Part shown: piece by piece, positions 35,503 to 48,455 of the stretch
Layout of the letters: each line of letters begins with the position of its first letter
Position numbering within the stretch: the first letter of the stretch is position 1
NCBI RefSeq assembly: GCF_004010195.1
Contig: NW_025215147.1
Coordinates: 9,612 to 61,057 of the forward strand
Reading direction: 5' to 3'
DNA from: Chiloscyllium plagiosum
Lineage: Eukaryota
Length of the DNA: 51,446 nucleotides
Translations under genes and position numbers: made by a program
The notes under the pieces: generated by a model
The model's database searches: none
What the model was told of the DNA's origin: nothing
What the model saw: the letters and a program-made list of their open reading frames with translations, nothing else

Positions 35503-37350
35503 ATTCCATTACTTTTGCAATTATCATGGACAAAGATGAGAGTGGTCCTAAAGGAAAAGTGTTAAACTGGGGGAAGGCTAACTATAGCAAAATTCGGCAG
35601 GAGCTGGGAAACGTAGATTGGGAGCAGCTGTTTCAAATGAAATCCACATTTGCTATGCGGGAGACTTTTGTAGAGAGGTTAATTCGAGTCCAGGAGAGGT
35701 ATGTTCCTGTGAAAATGATGGATAGAAATGGCAAGGTTAGCAAACCTGGGTTACAACTGATAAAGTGAGACTAGCTAAGAGTAAAAAGGATATGTACATA
35801 ATGTCTAGGCGAATGAAGATAGAGAAAGCCTTGGAAGAATATTGTGAATGTAGGACCAATCTGAAATGAAGAATTAAGAAGGCCATTAGGGGTCATGAGA
35901 TATCCTTAGCGAGCAGGATTAAGGAAAACCTCAAAGCTTTTTGATCATATATAACGAGCAAGAAGGTAGCTAGAGAAAGGGTAGACACGCTCAAGGACAA
36001 AGCAGGAAAGATATGCTTGGAGGCAGAGCAAACGGGTGAGATTCTTAATGAGTACTTTGCATCGGCATTCACCAAGGAGAGAGGCATGTGGATGTTGAGG
36101 TTAGGTATAGATCTTTGATTACTCTTGGTCAAGTCTGCGTAAGTAGGGAAGAAGTGTTGTGATTTCCAAAAGACATTAAGAAGGACAAGCCCCAGGTCTA
36201 GATGGGATCTACCCCAGGTTACTGAGCGATGGGAGAGAGGAAATAGCTGAGGCTATAACAGATATTTTTGCAGCTTCCTTGAACAAGGGGAATGGAGAAT
36301 TGCTAACGGTGTCTCCTTGTTTAAGGAATACTCCAGGTAATTACAGACCTGTGAGCCTGACGTTAGTGGTAGGGAAGCTACTGGAGAAGATACAGAAAGA
36401 TAGGATATATACCCATTTGCAATAAAATAACTTCTCAGTGCTCGGTAGCATGGTTTTGTGCAGATATGGTAATGGCTTACAAACTTAATAGAATTGTTTG
36501 AAGAGGTGACAAATTTAATGGATGAGGGAAGGGATATAGATGTTATACAGATGGACTTTAGTCAGGCGTTTGACAAATTTCCCCATGGTAAGCTCATGAA
36601 AAAGGTGAAGTTGCGTGGGTGCTCTAACCAGATGGATAGAGAACTGGTTAGGCAACAGGAGACAGAGAGTATTAATGCAAGGGAGCTTCTCAAAATGGAG
36701 ATCTGCGACCAGTGGTGTCCCACAGGGCCCTTACTGGGACCACTGTTTTTTGTGGTATTCATAAATAATTTGGAGGAAGATGCAGCTTGTTTCATTAGCA
36801 AATGTGCAGGTGACACTAAGATTGGTGGAGTAGCACACAGTGAAGGGGACTGTCCGAGAATACAGCAGAATATAGATAGATTGGGGAGATGTGCAGAGAC
36901 ATGACAGATGGAGTTCAATCTGGACAAATGTGAGGCGACGCATTTTGGACGATCCAATCCAAGAACGAACTATACAGTAAATAGAAAAGTATTGGGGAAA
37001 ATTGATGCACAGAGCTATCTTGGTGTTCAGGTCCATTGTTCCCTGAAGCTGGCAAGGCAGACCGGTAGAGTGCTCAATAAGGTGGACGGCATGGTTTCCT
37101 TCATTGGACCGGGTATTGAATATAAGAGTTAGCGGGTCATGTTACAGTTATATAAGACTTTAGTTCAGCCACATTTGGAATACTGCATGCAGTCTGGTCG
37201 CCACGCTCGCAAAATAATGTGGATGCTTTGGAGAGGGTGCAGAGGAGGTTCACTAGGATGTTGCCTGGTATGGAAGGTGCCAGCCATGAAGAGAGATTGA
37301 GCAAATTAGGATTATTTTCATTAGATAGACGGTCGTTGAGGGGAAACCTG
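34400..37350 (+). mobile_element. Near full-length degenerate CR1 LINE (ORF1 esterase, EN, RT)
   Basis: Same ORF1/EN motifs as copy 1, then LNEYFASAFT, YRPVSLT, MDFSQAFDK and LVQPHLEYC. Confidence 0.92.
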
Positions 37351-37425
37351 ATCCTTGGATGCCGAGGGATATTGAGGCTCTGGTAAGGACAATAAAGAAG
37401 GCATACATTGGGTTTAAGATATCGG

Positions 37426-40400
37426 CCTTCAGTCAATCCTTAGACGACTACACAAAGTATAGAAGCACCCTTAAGAGCGGAATCAGAAGCCCAAAAAGGG
37501 CATGACATGGGCCTCTCACAAAAACTGAAAGATAATCCCAAGAGGTTCTCTCGCCATAGAAAGTGTAGAAGCGTGGCTCAGGAGAGAATAGGTCCCCTTA
37601 CCGATGAGCATGGCTGTCTTTGTTGGAATCACCAGGAGGTGGGGAGAAATGTTTAATGAATATTTCTCCTCCATGTTTACTCTGGAGCAAATTATGGATA
37701 CGAAGGTAATAAGGAAAACAAGTGGGAATGTTTTGTTCCGCATACATATTACCAGAGTGGAGGTATTTGCTACCTTAAAGCACAATAAGGTGAATAACCC
37801 CCCTGGGCAAGAACATGTCCATCCTCGGATGTTATGGGAGGCTCGGGAAGAAATTGCAGGGGCCCTTGCACAGATTTTTGCTTCATCGTTTGCCACTGGG
37901 TGGTTCCATTGTTTAAGAAAGGTAGCAAAGTCAACCCAGGGAGCTCTTCGTCAGTGAGCGTAACGTCAGTGTTCGGCAAGTTGTTGGAGACGATAAGAAG
38001 AGACAGGATGAAACATTTGGAAATTCAAGGTCTGATTAGAAGTAATCAGCATGGATTTGTGTGTGGGAAATTATGTCTGATAAATCTTTTAAATTGTTTC
38101 AAAGACGTAACCACGAGAATAGATAAGGGTAGGACAATGGATGAGCTGTATACGGACTTTAGTAAGACTATTGACAAGGTCCCATACGGGCAGGTTAGTC
38201 AGTGAGTTTAGGTGACATGGGATCCAGAGAGAGCTAGCTAATTGGATCCGAAATTGGCTCGATGATAGGATGCAGAGAGTGATGGAAGAAGATTTTTTTT
38301 ATCTCAGACTGAAGGCCTATGGCTAATGGTGTGCTACAGGTGTCGGTGCTGAGACCTTTGTTATTTGCTATTTACATAAATGACCTGGATGTGAATGCAC
38401 AAGGTATGATGTGGACCATAAGACATTGGTGCAGAAATTGAAATATTTAGCCCATCGAGTCTGCTCCACTATTCAGTCACGACTGGTATGTTTCTCAACC
38501 ACATTCTTCTGCTTTCTCGCCATAGCCCTTGATCCCCTTGACAATCAAGAACCTGTCCATCTCAGTCTTATATATACTCAGTAACCTGGCTTACACAGCC
38601 TTCTGTGGCATTGAATTCCATAGATTTCCCACTCTCTGGCTGAAGAAATTGCTCTTATCTCCGTTCTAAAAGCTGTTTCCTTTACTCTAAGGCTATGCCC
38701 TCCGGTCCTAGTCTATCCCACCAATGGAAACATCTTCACAACATATATTCTGTCCAGACTATTCAGTATTCGGTATATTTCAATTAGATCNNNNNNNNNN
38801 NNNNNNNNNNNNNNNNNNNNNNNNNNNNNNNNNNNNNNNNNNNNNNNNNNNNNNNNNNNNNNNNNNNNNNNNNNNNNNNNNNNNNNNNNNNNNNNNNNNN
38901 NNNNNNNNNNNNNNNNNNNNNNNNNNNNNNNNNNNNNNNNNNNNNNNNNNNNNNNNNNNNNNNNNNNNNNNNNNNNNNNNNNNNNNNNNNNNNNNNNNNN
39001 NNNNNNNNNNNNNNNNNNNNNNNNNNNNNNNNNNNNNNNNNNNNNNNNNNNNNNNNNNNNNNNNNNNNNNNNNNNNNNNNNNNNNNNNNNNNNNNNNNNN
39101 NNNNNNNNNNNNNNNNNNNNNNNNNNNNNNNNNNNNNNNNNNNNNNNNNNNNNNNNNNNNNNNNNNNNNNNNNNNNNNNNNNNNNNNNNNNNNNNNNNNN
39201 NNNNNNNNNNNNNNNNNNNNNNNNNNNNNNNNNNNNNNNNNNNNNNNNNNNNNNNNNNNNNNNNNNNNNNGCCTTCAGTCAATCCTTAGATGACTACACA
39301 AAGTGTAGAAGCACCCTTAAGAGCGGAATCAGAAGCCCAAAAAAGGGCATGACATGGGCCTCTCACAAAAGCTGAAAGATAATCCCAAGAGGTTCTCTCG
39401 CCATATAAAGTGTAGAAGCGTGGCTCAGGAGAGAATAGGTCCCTTACTGATGAGCATGGCTGTCTTTGTTGGAATCACCAGGAGGTGGGGAGAAATGTTT
39501 AATGAATATTTCTCCTCCATGTTTACTCAGGAGCAAATTATGGATACGAAGGTAATAAGGAAAACAAGTGGGAATGTTTTGACCACATACATATTACCAG
39601 AGTGGAGGTATTTGCTACCTTAAAGCACAATAAGGTGAATAACCCCCCTGGGCAAGAACATGTCCATCCTCGGATGTTATGGAAGGCTAGGGAATAAATT
39701 GCAGGGGCCCTTGCACAGATTTTTGCTTCATCGTTTGTCACTGGAGTGGTTCCATTGTTTAAGAAAGGTAGCAAAGTCAACCCAGGGAGCTCTTAGTCAG
39801 TGAGCGTAACATCAGTGTTAGGCAAGTTGTTGGATACGATAATAAGAGACAGAATGAAACATTTGGAAATTCAAGATCTGATTAGAAATAGTCAGCATGG
39901 ATTTGTGTGTCGGAAATTATGTCTGATAAATCTTTTAAATTGTTTCAAAGACGTAACCACGAGAATAGATAAGGGTAGGACAATGGATGAGCTGTATACG
40001 GACTTTAGTAAGACTATTGACAAGGTCCCATACGGGCAGGTTAGTCAGTGAGTTTAGGTGACATGGGATCCAGAGAGAACTAGCTAATTGGATCCGAAAT
40101 TGGCTCGATGATAGGATGCAGAGAGTGATGGAAGATTTTTTTTTTATCTCAGAACGAAGGCCTATGGCTAATGGTGTGCTACAGGTGTCGGTGCTGAGAC
40201 CTTTGTTATTTGCTATTTACATAAATGACCTGGATGTGAATGCACAAGGTATGATGTGGACCATACGACATTGGTGCAGAAATTGAAATATTTAGCCCAT
40301 CGAGTCTGCTCCACTATTCAGTCATGACTGGTATGTTTCTCAACCACATTCTTCTGCTTTCTCGCCATAGCCCTTGATCCCCTTGACAATCAAGAACCTG

Positions 40401-40635
40401 TCCATCTCAGTCTTATATATAATCATTAACCTGGCCTCCACAGCCTTCTGTGGCATTGAATTCCATGGATTCACCGCTCTCTGGCTGATGAAAGTACTCT
40501 TATCTCTGTTCTAAAAGCTGTTCCTTTTACTCTAAGGCTGTGCCCTCGGGTCCTAAACTATCCCACCAATGGAAACATCTTCACAACATCTATTCTTTCC
40601 AGACTATTCAGTATTCGGTATATTTCAATTAGATA
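37426..40635. repeat. Direct duplication of about 1.36 kb (37426-38790 and 39271-40635) flanking an N-gap; + strand CR1 RT plus - strand CR1 3' end
   Basis: Near-identical ORFs 37604/39354 and 37834/39800 on both sides of the gap. Confidence 0.9.
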
Positions 40636-40829
40636 TTCCCTCATGCTTCTAAAATACATTGAGTAAAGATCCAGAGTCCTCAAAGTTTCCTCATAGGTTA
40701 TGCTTTTCATTCTGGGACCATTCTCGTGAAACTCCTCTGAACATGTTCCAATGCCAGTACATCTGTTCTGAGATATGGGGCCCAAAACTGCACAACATAC
40801 TCCAAGTACACCCAAAAAGGTTACTACAT

Positions 40830-41732
40830 TTCTGGATGATACAAAATTAGGAGCTATCGTTGATAGCAATTAACGTTATCAGAAATGTTCGAGGGAATTT
40901 AATCTGATGGGTAAGTGAGCTGAGGATTGGCAACTGCAATTAAATACAGGATAAGTGGGCGGTGTTACACTTCGGAAAATAAAACAAAGATATTGCTTAT
41001 ACAGTAAATAGTCTGGTTCTGAGGAGTGTTGTGGAACAGAAGTACCTCGGACCACAAGTCCATATTTCATTGAAAGTGGCATCACGGGTAGACAGGGCGG
41101 TAAAGAAGTTATTTAGCATGTTGGCCTTCATCGTACAAAGCACTGAATGCAGGACTTGGGACACCATGCTACCATTCTGTTAGTCGTTGGTGAGGCCACA
41201 CTTGGAGTATTGTGTACAGTTTTGGTCACCCTGTTAACCTGAAAACAGGGCATAGAATTTTGAAAAGGATGTTGCCAGGATTAATAGCCTAGAGTTATAG
41301 GGAAGGGGTTGGCCAATTTCGGATATCATCCCTTGGAATGTAGGAGAATGAGAGGGTGGCCTAATGGAGATATTAAATATCATGAGGGCCATAGATAGGA
41401 TGAATGCGTATAGTCATTTTCCCAGCGATGAGCAATTGAAAACTACAGGGTATAGATTTAAGGTGAGAGGGGAAAGATTTAAGAAGGACCTGGGGGGCAA
41501 CTTCTTTATGCAGAGAGTGTTTTTGAAATGGAATGAGCTGGCAGAAAAAAAGTGGTTGAGGCAGGTACAGTAGCAACACATAAATAAAAAGATTAGATGC
41601 ATAGATTCGAAGAGTTTAGCGCGATATAGTTCAAATGTGGGCAATTGGAATTATTTGAGTGGGCAGCATGGTCAGCACAGACCAGTTTGGGCAGAAGGGC
41701 CAGTTCTCGTGCTCGATCACTCTGTGACTCAA
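40830..41732 (+). mobile_element. CR1 LINE 3' portion
   Basis: LDDTKLG, LVRPHLEYCVQFWSP and FFMQRVFLKWNEL, plus a tail ending ctctgtgactc. Confidence 0.88.
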
Positions 41733-43097
41733 TGAGACTCCATTTAATAGTTTAATGTTATTTATCCTTCTGTCACAAACTTCGCATGACGCATGAAATA
41801 CCGTTTCTGATGAAAGCTTGCACACTGACGTCCCCTGTCTGTATCCCATTGTAGACTTTCTAACACCACTTGGCATCTTACTCAATGACTATCTTGGTTA
41901 TGAACGCACTGAACTTCAATCCAGTCAGTCTCTTCATCTAAAATCATTGACATAGCTTGCAAATGCTTGGTTACCTCACACTGACCCCAGAGGCACTCCA
42001 CCAATTTTCAGGTTTCCAACCTGAAAACAAATGTTTAACCCCTTCTGTATATTTGTGGATAGTTTCCCAAGGCTTGCCTGTTTCTGTGTAGCAGCCTTGA
42101 ACGGTTGTATGACCTCATCATGTGCTCTGTCATGTCCTCAAAGGGTTGAATGACCTCATTTTATTTCTATGTGAATCCGGAGAAGGACAGAGTAGCCTCC
42201 TGCTGTCTCAATGCACCGATCCTGACTAGCTGAATGGGATATTCCCCCGCCGCTCTTACAGCGTTAAGTGGTTGAGTAAGAGAAGAACACATGGATGAGG
42301 AGTAGAGGGTGACCATTCAGCCCTTCGCGCCTGTTGCACCATTCAGAATGCTTATTGTTAATGTGAGTGTGGCTGAACATCGTTTTCCTGTCTGTTTTCT
42401 TGTTCCTCAAAACCATCTGGAAGCTTATCTTGAATGTTTTCAGTAACACACTCCTCACTGCACATTAGGAATGAGAACACCCCACGGATCACACAATGCT
42501 AAACAGAAAGGCCATTCTTCATCTCAGTTTGAAGTGGCAATGCCTTATTCTCAACGTCTGTTCACCTCAAACCAATTACCAGGCGTTTGGATCGTAATGC
42601 TACAACAATTAGGAAAAGATACCGAACATGCAACCGCTCAAACCTGTCCACCTTTCCCTTAACTCTCTTCAAACAAATACCTACCAAATTCAGCTTCCAC
42701 TGAACACGCGGGATGGCAAAACCAGACACCACAGGATCATAAGAGCATAAAAAAATGGAACAAAAGGAGACAGTTGGGATAAATTCTGCTGTGTTGGTTG
42801 AAAACAGCTGAAATATTTCTCAGAACGATTCTCCAGGTTTCCCCAACTGACTATTGGTCGCTTATTAATGAAAAATGTATCTATCTCTTATTTAAAGAAA
42901 CGGCCATGCCTGTCTGTGTGTGGGGGCGACTGGTCGCATTGTTTGAGATATTTATAAATGTGATTATTTATTGTCAATATAAAATACAGTGAAAAATATG
43001 TACAATTACCGAACACAGGCGCCATTCATCTTTATTTAGAATACACCAAAGAAAAATGAAAAAGCGTTCACCTTTTCATTTTCCGCTGTTGTGATCT

Positions 43098-43350
43098 CTC
43101 TCCGGGCTACACCAGCCCACACCATGTCACTGTCAGGGGGGACACTCTGTTCTACACCAGCCCACACCATTTTACTGTCGGGGGACACTCCGGGCTACAC
43201 CAGCTGACGCCATGTCACTGTCAGGGGGACACTCCGGGTTGGACCAGCCCACACCACGTCACTGTCAAGGGAACACTCCGGTCGAAACCATAGCACACCA
43301 TATTGCTCTCAAGGGGACACTTGTGGATACAGTAGCCGACATCATCTCAC
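43098..43350. repeat. 43-bp minisatellite, about 5-6 copies
   Basis: Unit about actccgggctacaccagcccacaccatgtcactgtcaggggac. Confidence 0.9.
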
Positions 43351-43404
43351 CATGCAGTGCCTTCTATCATTTGACTGCCGAAGGTGTAGATGTTATCTAC
43401 AAAA

Positions 43405-43560
43405 ATGTGTAGGTTAGGTGAATTGGCTCTGCTAAATTGCCCGCAGTGTTAGGTGAATGGGTACATGTAGGTGAATGGGTCTGGGTGGGTTGCGTTTCAG
43501 CGGGTTGGTGTGGACTTGTTCGGCCAAAGGGCCTGTTTCAACACTGTAAGTAATCTAAAA
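43405..43560 (+). mobile_element. HE1-type SINE 3' half
   Basis: ggttaggtgaattggc...ggtgtggacttgttcggccaaagggcctgtttcaacactgtaagtaatcta. Confidence 0.85.
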
Positions 43561-43564
43561 AAAT

Positions 43565-43715
43565 CTACCTGCTTGGCAATGTTCTCTATGAGGTCAGTAG
43601 CCCTCATCATACACTTTCCCTTTACTGTGGAACAAACCTGACCTTTTTTGTCGTGGAGGTAGTCGAGGGTATACCGGTTTTGCTGGGAAGATAGACGTAA
43701 TTCTGAGTGCATGTC
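43565..43715 (-). mobile_element. env: Endogenous retroviral env TM fragment (immunosuppressive domain and CX6C)
   Basis: SELRLSSQQNRYTLDYLHDKKGQVCSTVKGKC matches the gamma-type env pattern LQNRxALDxL...GGxCx6C. Confidence 0.75.
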
Positions 43716-43720
43716 CTTAC

Positions 43721-43890
43721 CTCCTGCTCTCACAGATTAGGATCTCTGGGTTTTGGTTTCTCAGTAACATCAAAAACTATAGGGGTCTCCACAGAGTTGG
43801 AAGCTTCACGGAATGTCTCCTGGCTGCTACTCTTTTTGAATTTTCTCTTGATGCTGTCACATTGCATCTGGAACAGACACTTTACATTCC
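43721..43890 (-). pseudogene. Possible 170-bp exon relic
   Basis: ttttcttattttaaag acceptor and gag|gtaagg donor flank GNVKCLFQMQCDSIKRKFKKSSSQETFREASNSVETPIVFDVTEKPKPRDPNL*EQE (one stop). Confidence 0.25.
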
Positions 43891-44149
43891 CTTTAAAATA
43901 AGAAAATATTAGAATCTAGGCTATTGCCTTCCAATATTTTCGAGGGGCTCTGGTGTTGTCCATCACACTAGACTCCTTCTGTTCCTGAGTAATAGGCTGG
44001 AGGCACAGAATGGACTGTCCCTGTTCTTCTCCAACAGTGTCAATGGACTGAATGGCTTCCTCTTATTCCTGTGAAACCAGCGTGAAGTGCTGAATGAACT
44101 CTTATTTTACTGTGGCAATAGGCTGTGCCAGGCAGTGCTGTTACATGAA

Positions 44150-44560
44150 TGTTACAGACACGTTAACAGCACAACTCTCAATGGAGTCTGGGCCTTGCTG
44201 CACATGGACACAGACCAGCTCAGAAGCTGAGGGGGAACAAAATGTTCTGAACATTGTGGAATCTTCAGTGACCATTCCCACTTCTGATCTTATGGTGGGG
44301 AGGGTGGGGAGGGGAGACATTGATGAAGGAGCTGAAGCTGATTGTGAATAGGAAGCTACCCTGAGGATCTCCCACAGAGTTGACCCAGGACTGACATGAT
44401 GACCATCTTCCTTTGTGCCATGTTTGACTCCAAACATTGGAGAATTTACTCTGATTCCCATTAAGTCCAGTTTTGTTAAGCTCCTTGATGTCAACAGAAG
44501 TCAACCACAGCCTTGATATCAGCGCCAGTCCATTTTACCTGAACCCTTGTCTCAACCTCT
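44150..44560 (-). mobile_element. Degenerate LINE RT fragment
   Basis: GDPQGSFLFTISFSSFIN (ORF 44265..44504) matches the GVPQGSVLGP..F..FIN motif. Confidence 0.75.
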
Positions 44561-44904
44561 TTTGTTCATATCAATAAACCATGATATAGGAGCAGCAAGT
44601 GTTTTCTTCAAACAGGTGGGATTGAATGTCAGGATTTCTGTTCTCAAGAGTGTTTGGGGAGCGAGATGACTGAAATTATTTGAAGAGGAAGTAGATGGAT
44701 ATTGATCTGTCAGAGAGGTGAGGGCTATGAGGAATCGGGTATTAAAGAGGATTTCAGACCGAGAGCAGATCAGCCACAATCTTAGTGAAGGGCAAGGCAG
44801 GCTTGGGGAGTGAACGACCTGCCCCTGTTTCTGATGTTCTTACATTCTGTTATTGGAAAGTTAGTGGGTGTTATTTTCATGAATGTTACATTATTGCATA
44901 TTGC

Positions 44905-45150
44905 AGTCAGGGACACCAGATGATTTTATGAGCCATCTCTGGGTGAGGTATAGGGGCTGTATTCACAGTGAATCTGGGTCTACAACATGACCAACAAATG
45001 AAGCACAAGTTTCAGAGAGGGGAATCGCTGTACAGAGAGACGAGGGGCCTCTTTCATACCCGTGCCTGGGTTTTCCAATTATATTTCCGAAATCACCTCA
45101 AAGCGTATGGGACAGTACTGAGGGTCCGAATGGTCTCCTCTGTTTCTGTG
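44905..45150 (-). pseudogene. Decayed ORF, module X copy 3
   Basis: EVISEI*LENPG.../IPLSETCASFVGHVVDPDSL*IQP/PHPEMAHKIIWCP with frameshifts, homologous to 16550-16760 and 5120-5260. Confidence 0.6.
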
Positions 45151-45479
45151 CACCAGATTATAGCAGTAAGTAGCGTCCAACTGCTCCAGTCTAGCAGCTT
45201 TGATGGGCTGAATGGAATACAGAAAAATGGGACTGAGGAGCAGGAGTGGGTAATTAGATACTTTGAGCCTTCTCCACCAGGCACGAAGATTGTGGCTGAT
45301 CAGGTTGTGGTCTCAGTCCCACTTTCCTGTCTATATCCCATTATGCATGACTCACTTCTCTGTCAAATATTTTCCTAATGCAGCTTGCAATCAATGTGAG
45401 CATGGAGGCACGATAAACTTCCAGTGAAGAGAATTCCCACTTGAAAGGTCCTTTCAGAATTATTCGTCATCTTTTTTTT

Positions 45480-47210
45480 CGAATCAGAGAGTCATGCAGA
45501 ACAGAAACAGACCCGTCAATCCAACCTGTTCACTCCGATCAGATATCAAATCTGATCCAGTCCCATTTACCAGCATTTGGCCAATATCCCTCCTCTTTCA
45601 GATACTTTTTAAATGTGCGATTGTAACCACTTCAGCACTTCCTCTGACAGCACTTTCTGTACACACACCACTCTCTGTATGTAACATTTACCTTCAGGTC
45701 ACTTCTAAATCATTTGCCCTCTCCCCTTCAACTTATGCTCTCTTGTTCTGGATTCCCCTACCGTGGGGAGCAGAACGTGGCTGTTCAGAATATCTATGCC
45801 CCTGATGATTTTATAAACCTCTATAATGTCACCCCTCAGCCTCTAAAACTCCAGGAGGAAACCACTCAACCTAATCAACCTCTCCCTAACAGTACATCTG
45901 TGTCTAAATCATTTCTGCAGAAAACCGAGTTGTACGCAGTATTCTTGAATTGGTCTCACCAACATCCTGTACAGATGTAACATGCCACCACAACCCGTAT
46001 ACACAATGCCCTGACTGATTAAGGGAAACGTGCCAAATGTGTTCTGTCCCACATTGTCTACCTGCGACTCCACTTTGAAGGAACAATGTACCTGCAGCCC
46101 TATCCCTTTGTTTCACCCCCCGACCCCCCACCCCCACCCATCATGTGTATAATTCCTGCCCTTGTTTGCGTTCACAAAATGCAAAACCTCGTATTTATCT
46201 AAATTAAACTTCATCTGTCATTCCTTGCCCCTTTGTCCCATCTAATTGTGGTCTCGTTGTGCTCTGAGATAATCTACTACAACACCTTTCTGATGCAATC
46301 TGTAATCTTACTAACTATGGCCCCAATGTTCACATCTAAATCCTTTACATAAATTATGAAATGCAGTGAACTCAGTACTGATTCTTACAGCACACTGCTG
46401 CTCACAAGCCTCCAGTCTGAAAAAATATCCCTCTTCCTTCAAGCCAATTGTGACGAGCTTCCTCTGTATCCCATGTGACCGAACCTTACTCAGTTGTCTA
46501 CCAATCAGAATGAAATATTTGCTATGAAGAGGGGCCGAGTTGGTTAGGTTTATTTTCACTGGAAAAAATGAGATTGAGGGGGGACTTGATTGAGGTTTAA
46601 AAATTCATGAAGGGTATAGACATGGTGGATAGAGAGGGGCTTTTTCCCAGGGTGAAGGATTCAGTAACGAGAGGTCGTGCTTTCAAGATGGGAGGTGGAA
46701 TGTTTAAGGGGAATACACGTGGTAAGTACTTCACACAGAGGGTGGTGGGCATTTGGAACGTGTTGCCAGCAGAGGTGGTAGAGGCAGGCACGGCAGATTC
46801 ATTTGAGATGCGTCTGGACAGATGCATTAGTAGGTGGGGAACAGAGGGATACAGATGTTTAGGAATTGGGCGACAGATTTAGACAGTACATTTGGATCGG
46901 CTCAGGCTTGGAGGGCGAAGGGCCTGTTCCTGGGCTGTAAATTTTCTTTGCTCTTTATTCTTTAAATGAACATCTTGCTGAAGTCCATATAGACAATGTC
47001 TACCAAACTGCCTTCATCGATCTTCTTTGTTATCTCTTCAAAAACTCAACCAAATTAATGAGACATGATTTCCCATGCAGAAAGCATGTTGTCTACCCCG
47101 ATCAGCCCTTGCCTTCCCAAATGTATGTAAATGCTATCCCTCAGAATCCCCTCCAACAACCTACCCACCACTGACATCAGGATCATCGGTCGATAGTTCT
47201 ACGGCTTTTT
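45480..47210 (-). mobile_element. Degenerate CR1 LINE, interrupted by a younger + strand CR1 3' end
   Basis: Antisense CR1 tail and RT motifs at 45480-46500 and 46965-47210. Confidence 0.8.
46520..46965 (+). mobile_element. CR1 LINE 3' end (nested)
   Basis: ORF 46607..46882 YFTQRVVGIWNVLPAEVVEAGTADSFEMRLD, plus tail. Confidence 0.92.
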
Positions 47211-47444
47211 GAGGTCACTGCTTCCTTTTCTAGTCCCACTCCTCCACTGCTCACAACAAATGTTAAATGTAACCAGGTGGGTGATGTGGCCGATTATATC
47301 GGTCTCAGACTGGGTCAGGGTCAGTATTAGCAACAAGTCCGGCTAGTTTCTTTAATCTGCTAAAACAACACGTTTATGATCCAGAGCAATGTTACTCAAA
47401 CTATGGTGGAAAGATGAATGGCAAACTGTTTGAGTATTGCAAAT

Positions 47445-47812
47445 ATATAATCAATGGCTTGGAAAGGATGGACGCTAAGAAATTGTTTCCGTTAGACGAG
47501 GAGACTGGGACCCGTGGACACAGCCTTAGAATTAGACGGGGTCAATTCAGAACAGAAATGAGGGAACATTTATTCAACCAGAAAGTGGTGGGGCCTGTGG
47601 AATTCATTGCTGCGGAGTGCATTGGAGGCCGGGACATTAAATGTCTTCAAGGCAGAGATTGATAAATTCTTGATGTCACAAGGAATTAAGGGCTACAGGG
47701 AGAATGCAGATAAGTGGAATTGAAATGCCCATCAGCCATGATTAAATGGCAGAGTGGACTCGATGGGCCGAATGGCCTTACTTCCACTCCGATGTCTTAT
47801 GGTCTTTTGGTC
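47445..47812 (+). mobile_element. CR1 LINE 3' end
   Basis: GLERMDAKKLFPL...TRGHSLRIR...FRTEMR, plus the tail gggccgaatggcctta. Confidence 0.9.
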
Positions 47813-47829
47813 TAATACTTCCCTTTCTA

Positions 47830-47915
47830 AACACAAACACACACACATAGACACACACACAAACACACACACAGACACACAAACACATGCATACACACAC
47901 ACACACACACACACA
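47830..47915. repeat. (CA)n microsatellite
   Basis: Seen directly. Confidence 0.95.
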
Positions 47916-48154
47916 GAGAGTTTAACAAAATTTCTGCAATTTTAATTTGAAAGAACTTTGTCCAGATATTATTGGAACTCATGACAAAAGTAAAAATTGA
48001 GATTGTCCAAAACGTTATTCTGCTTCTGAAGATATTTTACTCACACAGCTGCTAGTAATGAGATTTCATCCTGGGACAGTTGAATTTGGCTGAATTCCCT
48101 TTGCTTTAAACAGTGAGTAGATTCCAATGAATTCTGGTCAGGGAGCACCCAACG

Positions 48155-48455
48155 GGTAGCACGGTGCTTAGCACTGCTACCTCACAGCACCAGGGACTTG
48201 GGTTCGATTCCAGCCTTGGGTGACTGTCTCTGTGGAATTTGCACATTCTCCACTTTCCTGTGTGAGCTTCGAATGGGTGATCCAGTTTCCTATCACAGCT
48301 CAAACTGTGTAGGTTTGGTGGATTGGTCATGCTAAATTGTCTGTAGTGTTCAGGGAATTCTAGGTTAGGTGCATTAGTTAGGGGAATGGGTTGAGAAGGT
48401 TGGTATGGACTTGTTGGGCTGAAGGGCCTGTTTCAACACTGCAGGGATTCTATGG
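48155..48455 (+). mobile_element. tRNA-derived SINE (HE1-type)
   Basis: gcacggtgcttagcactgctacctcacagcaccagggacttgggttcgattcc head (B-box ggttcgattcc). Confidence 0.9.

Noticed and set aside
44940..45030. HVVDPDSL*IQ as an extended Tudor-domain start, or LENP as a FIIND motif
   Set aside because: No Tudor aromatic cage (W/Y-R, FxDYG) and no SF/S autoproteolysis motif follows in any copy.
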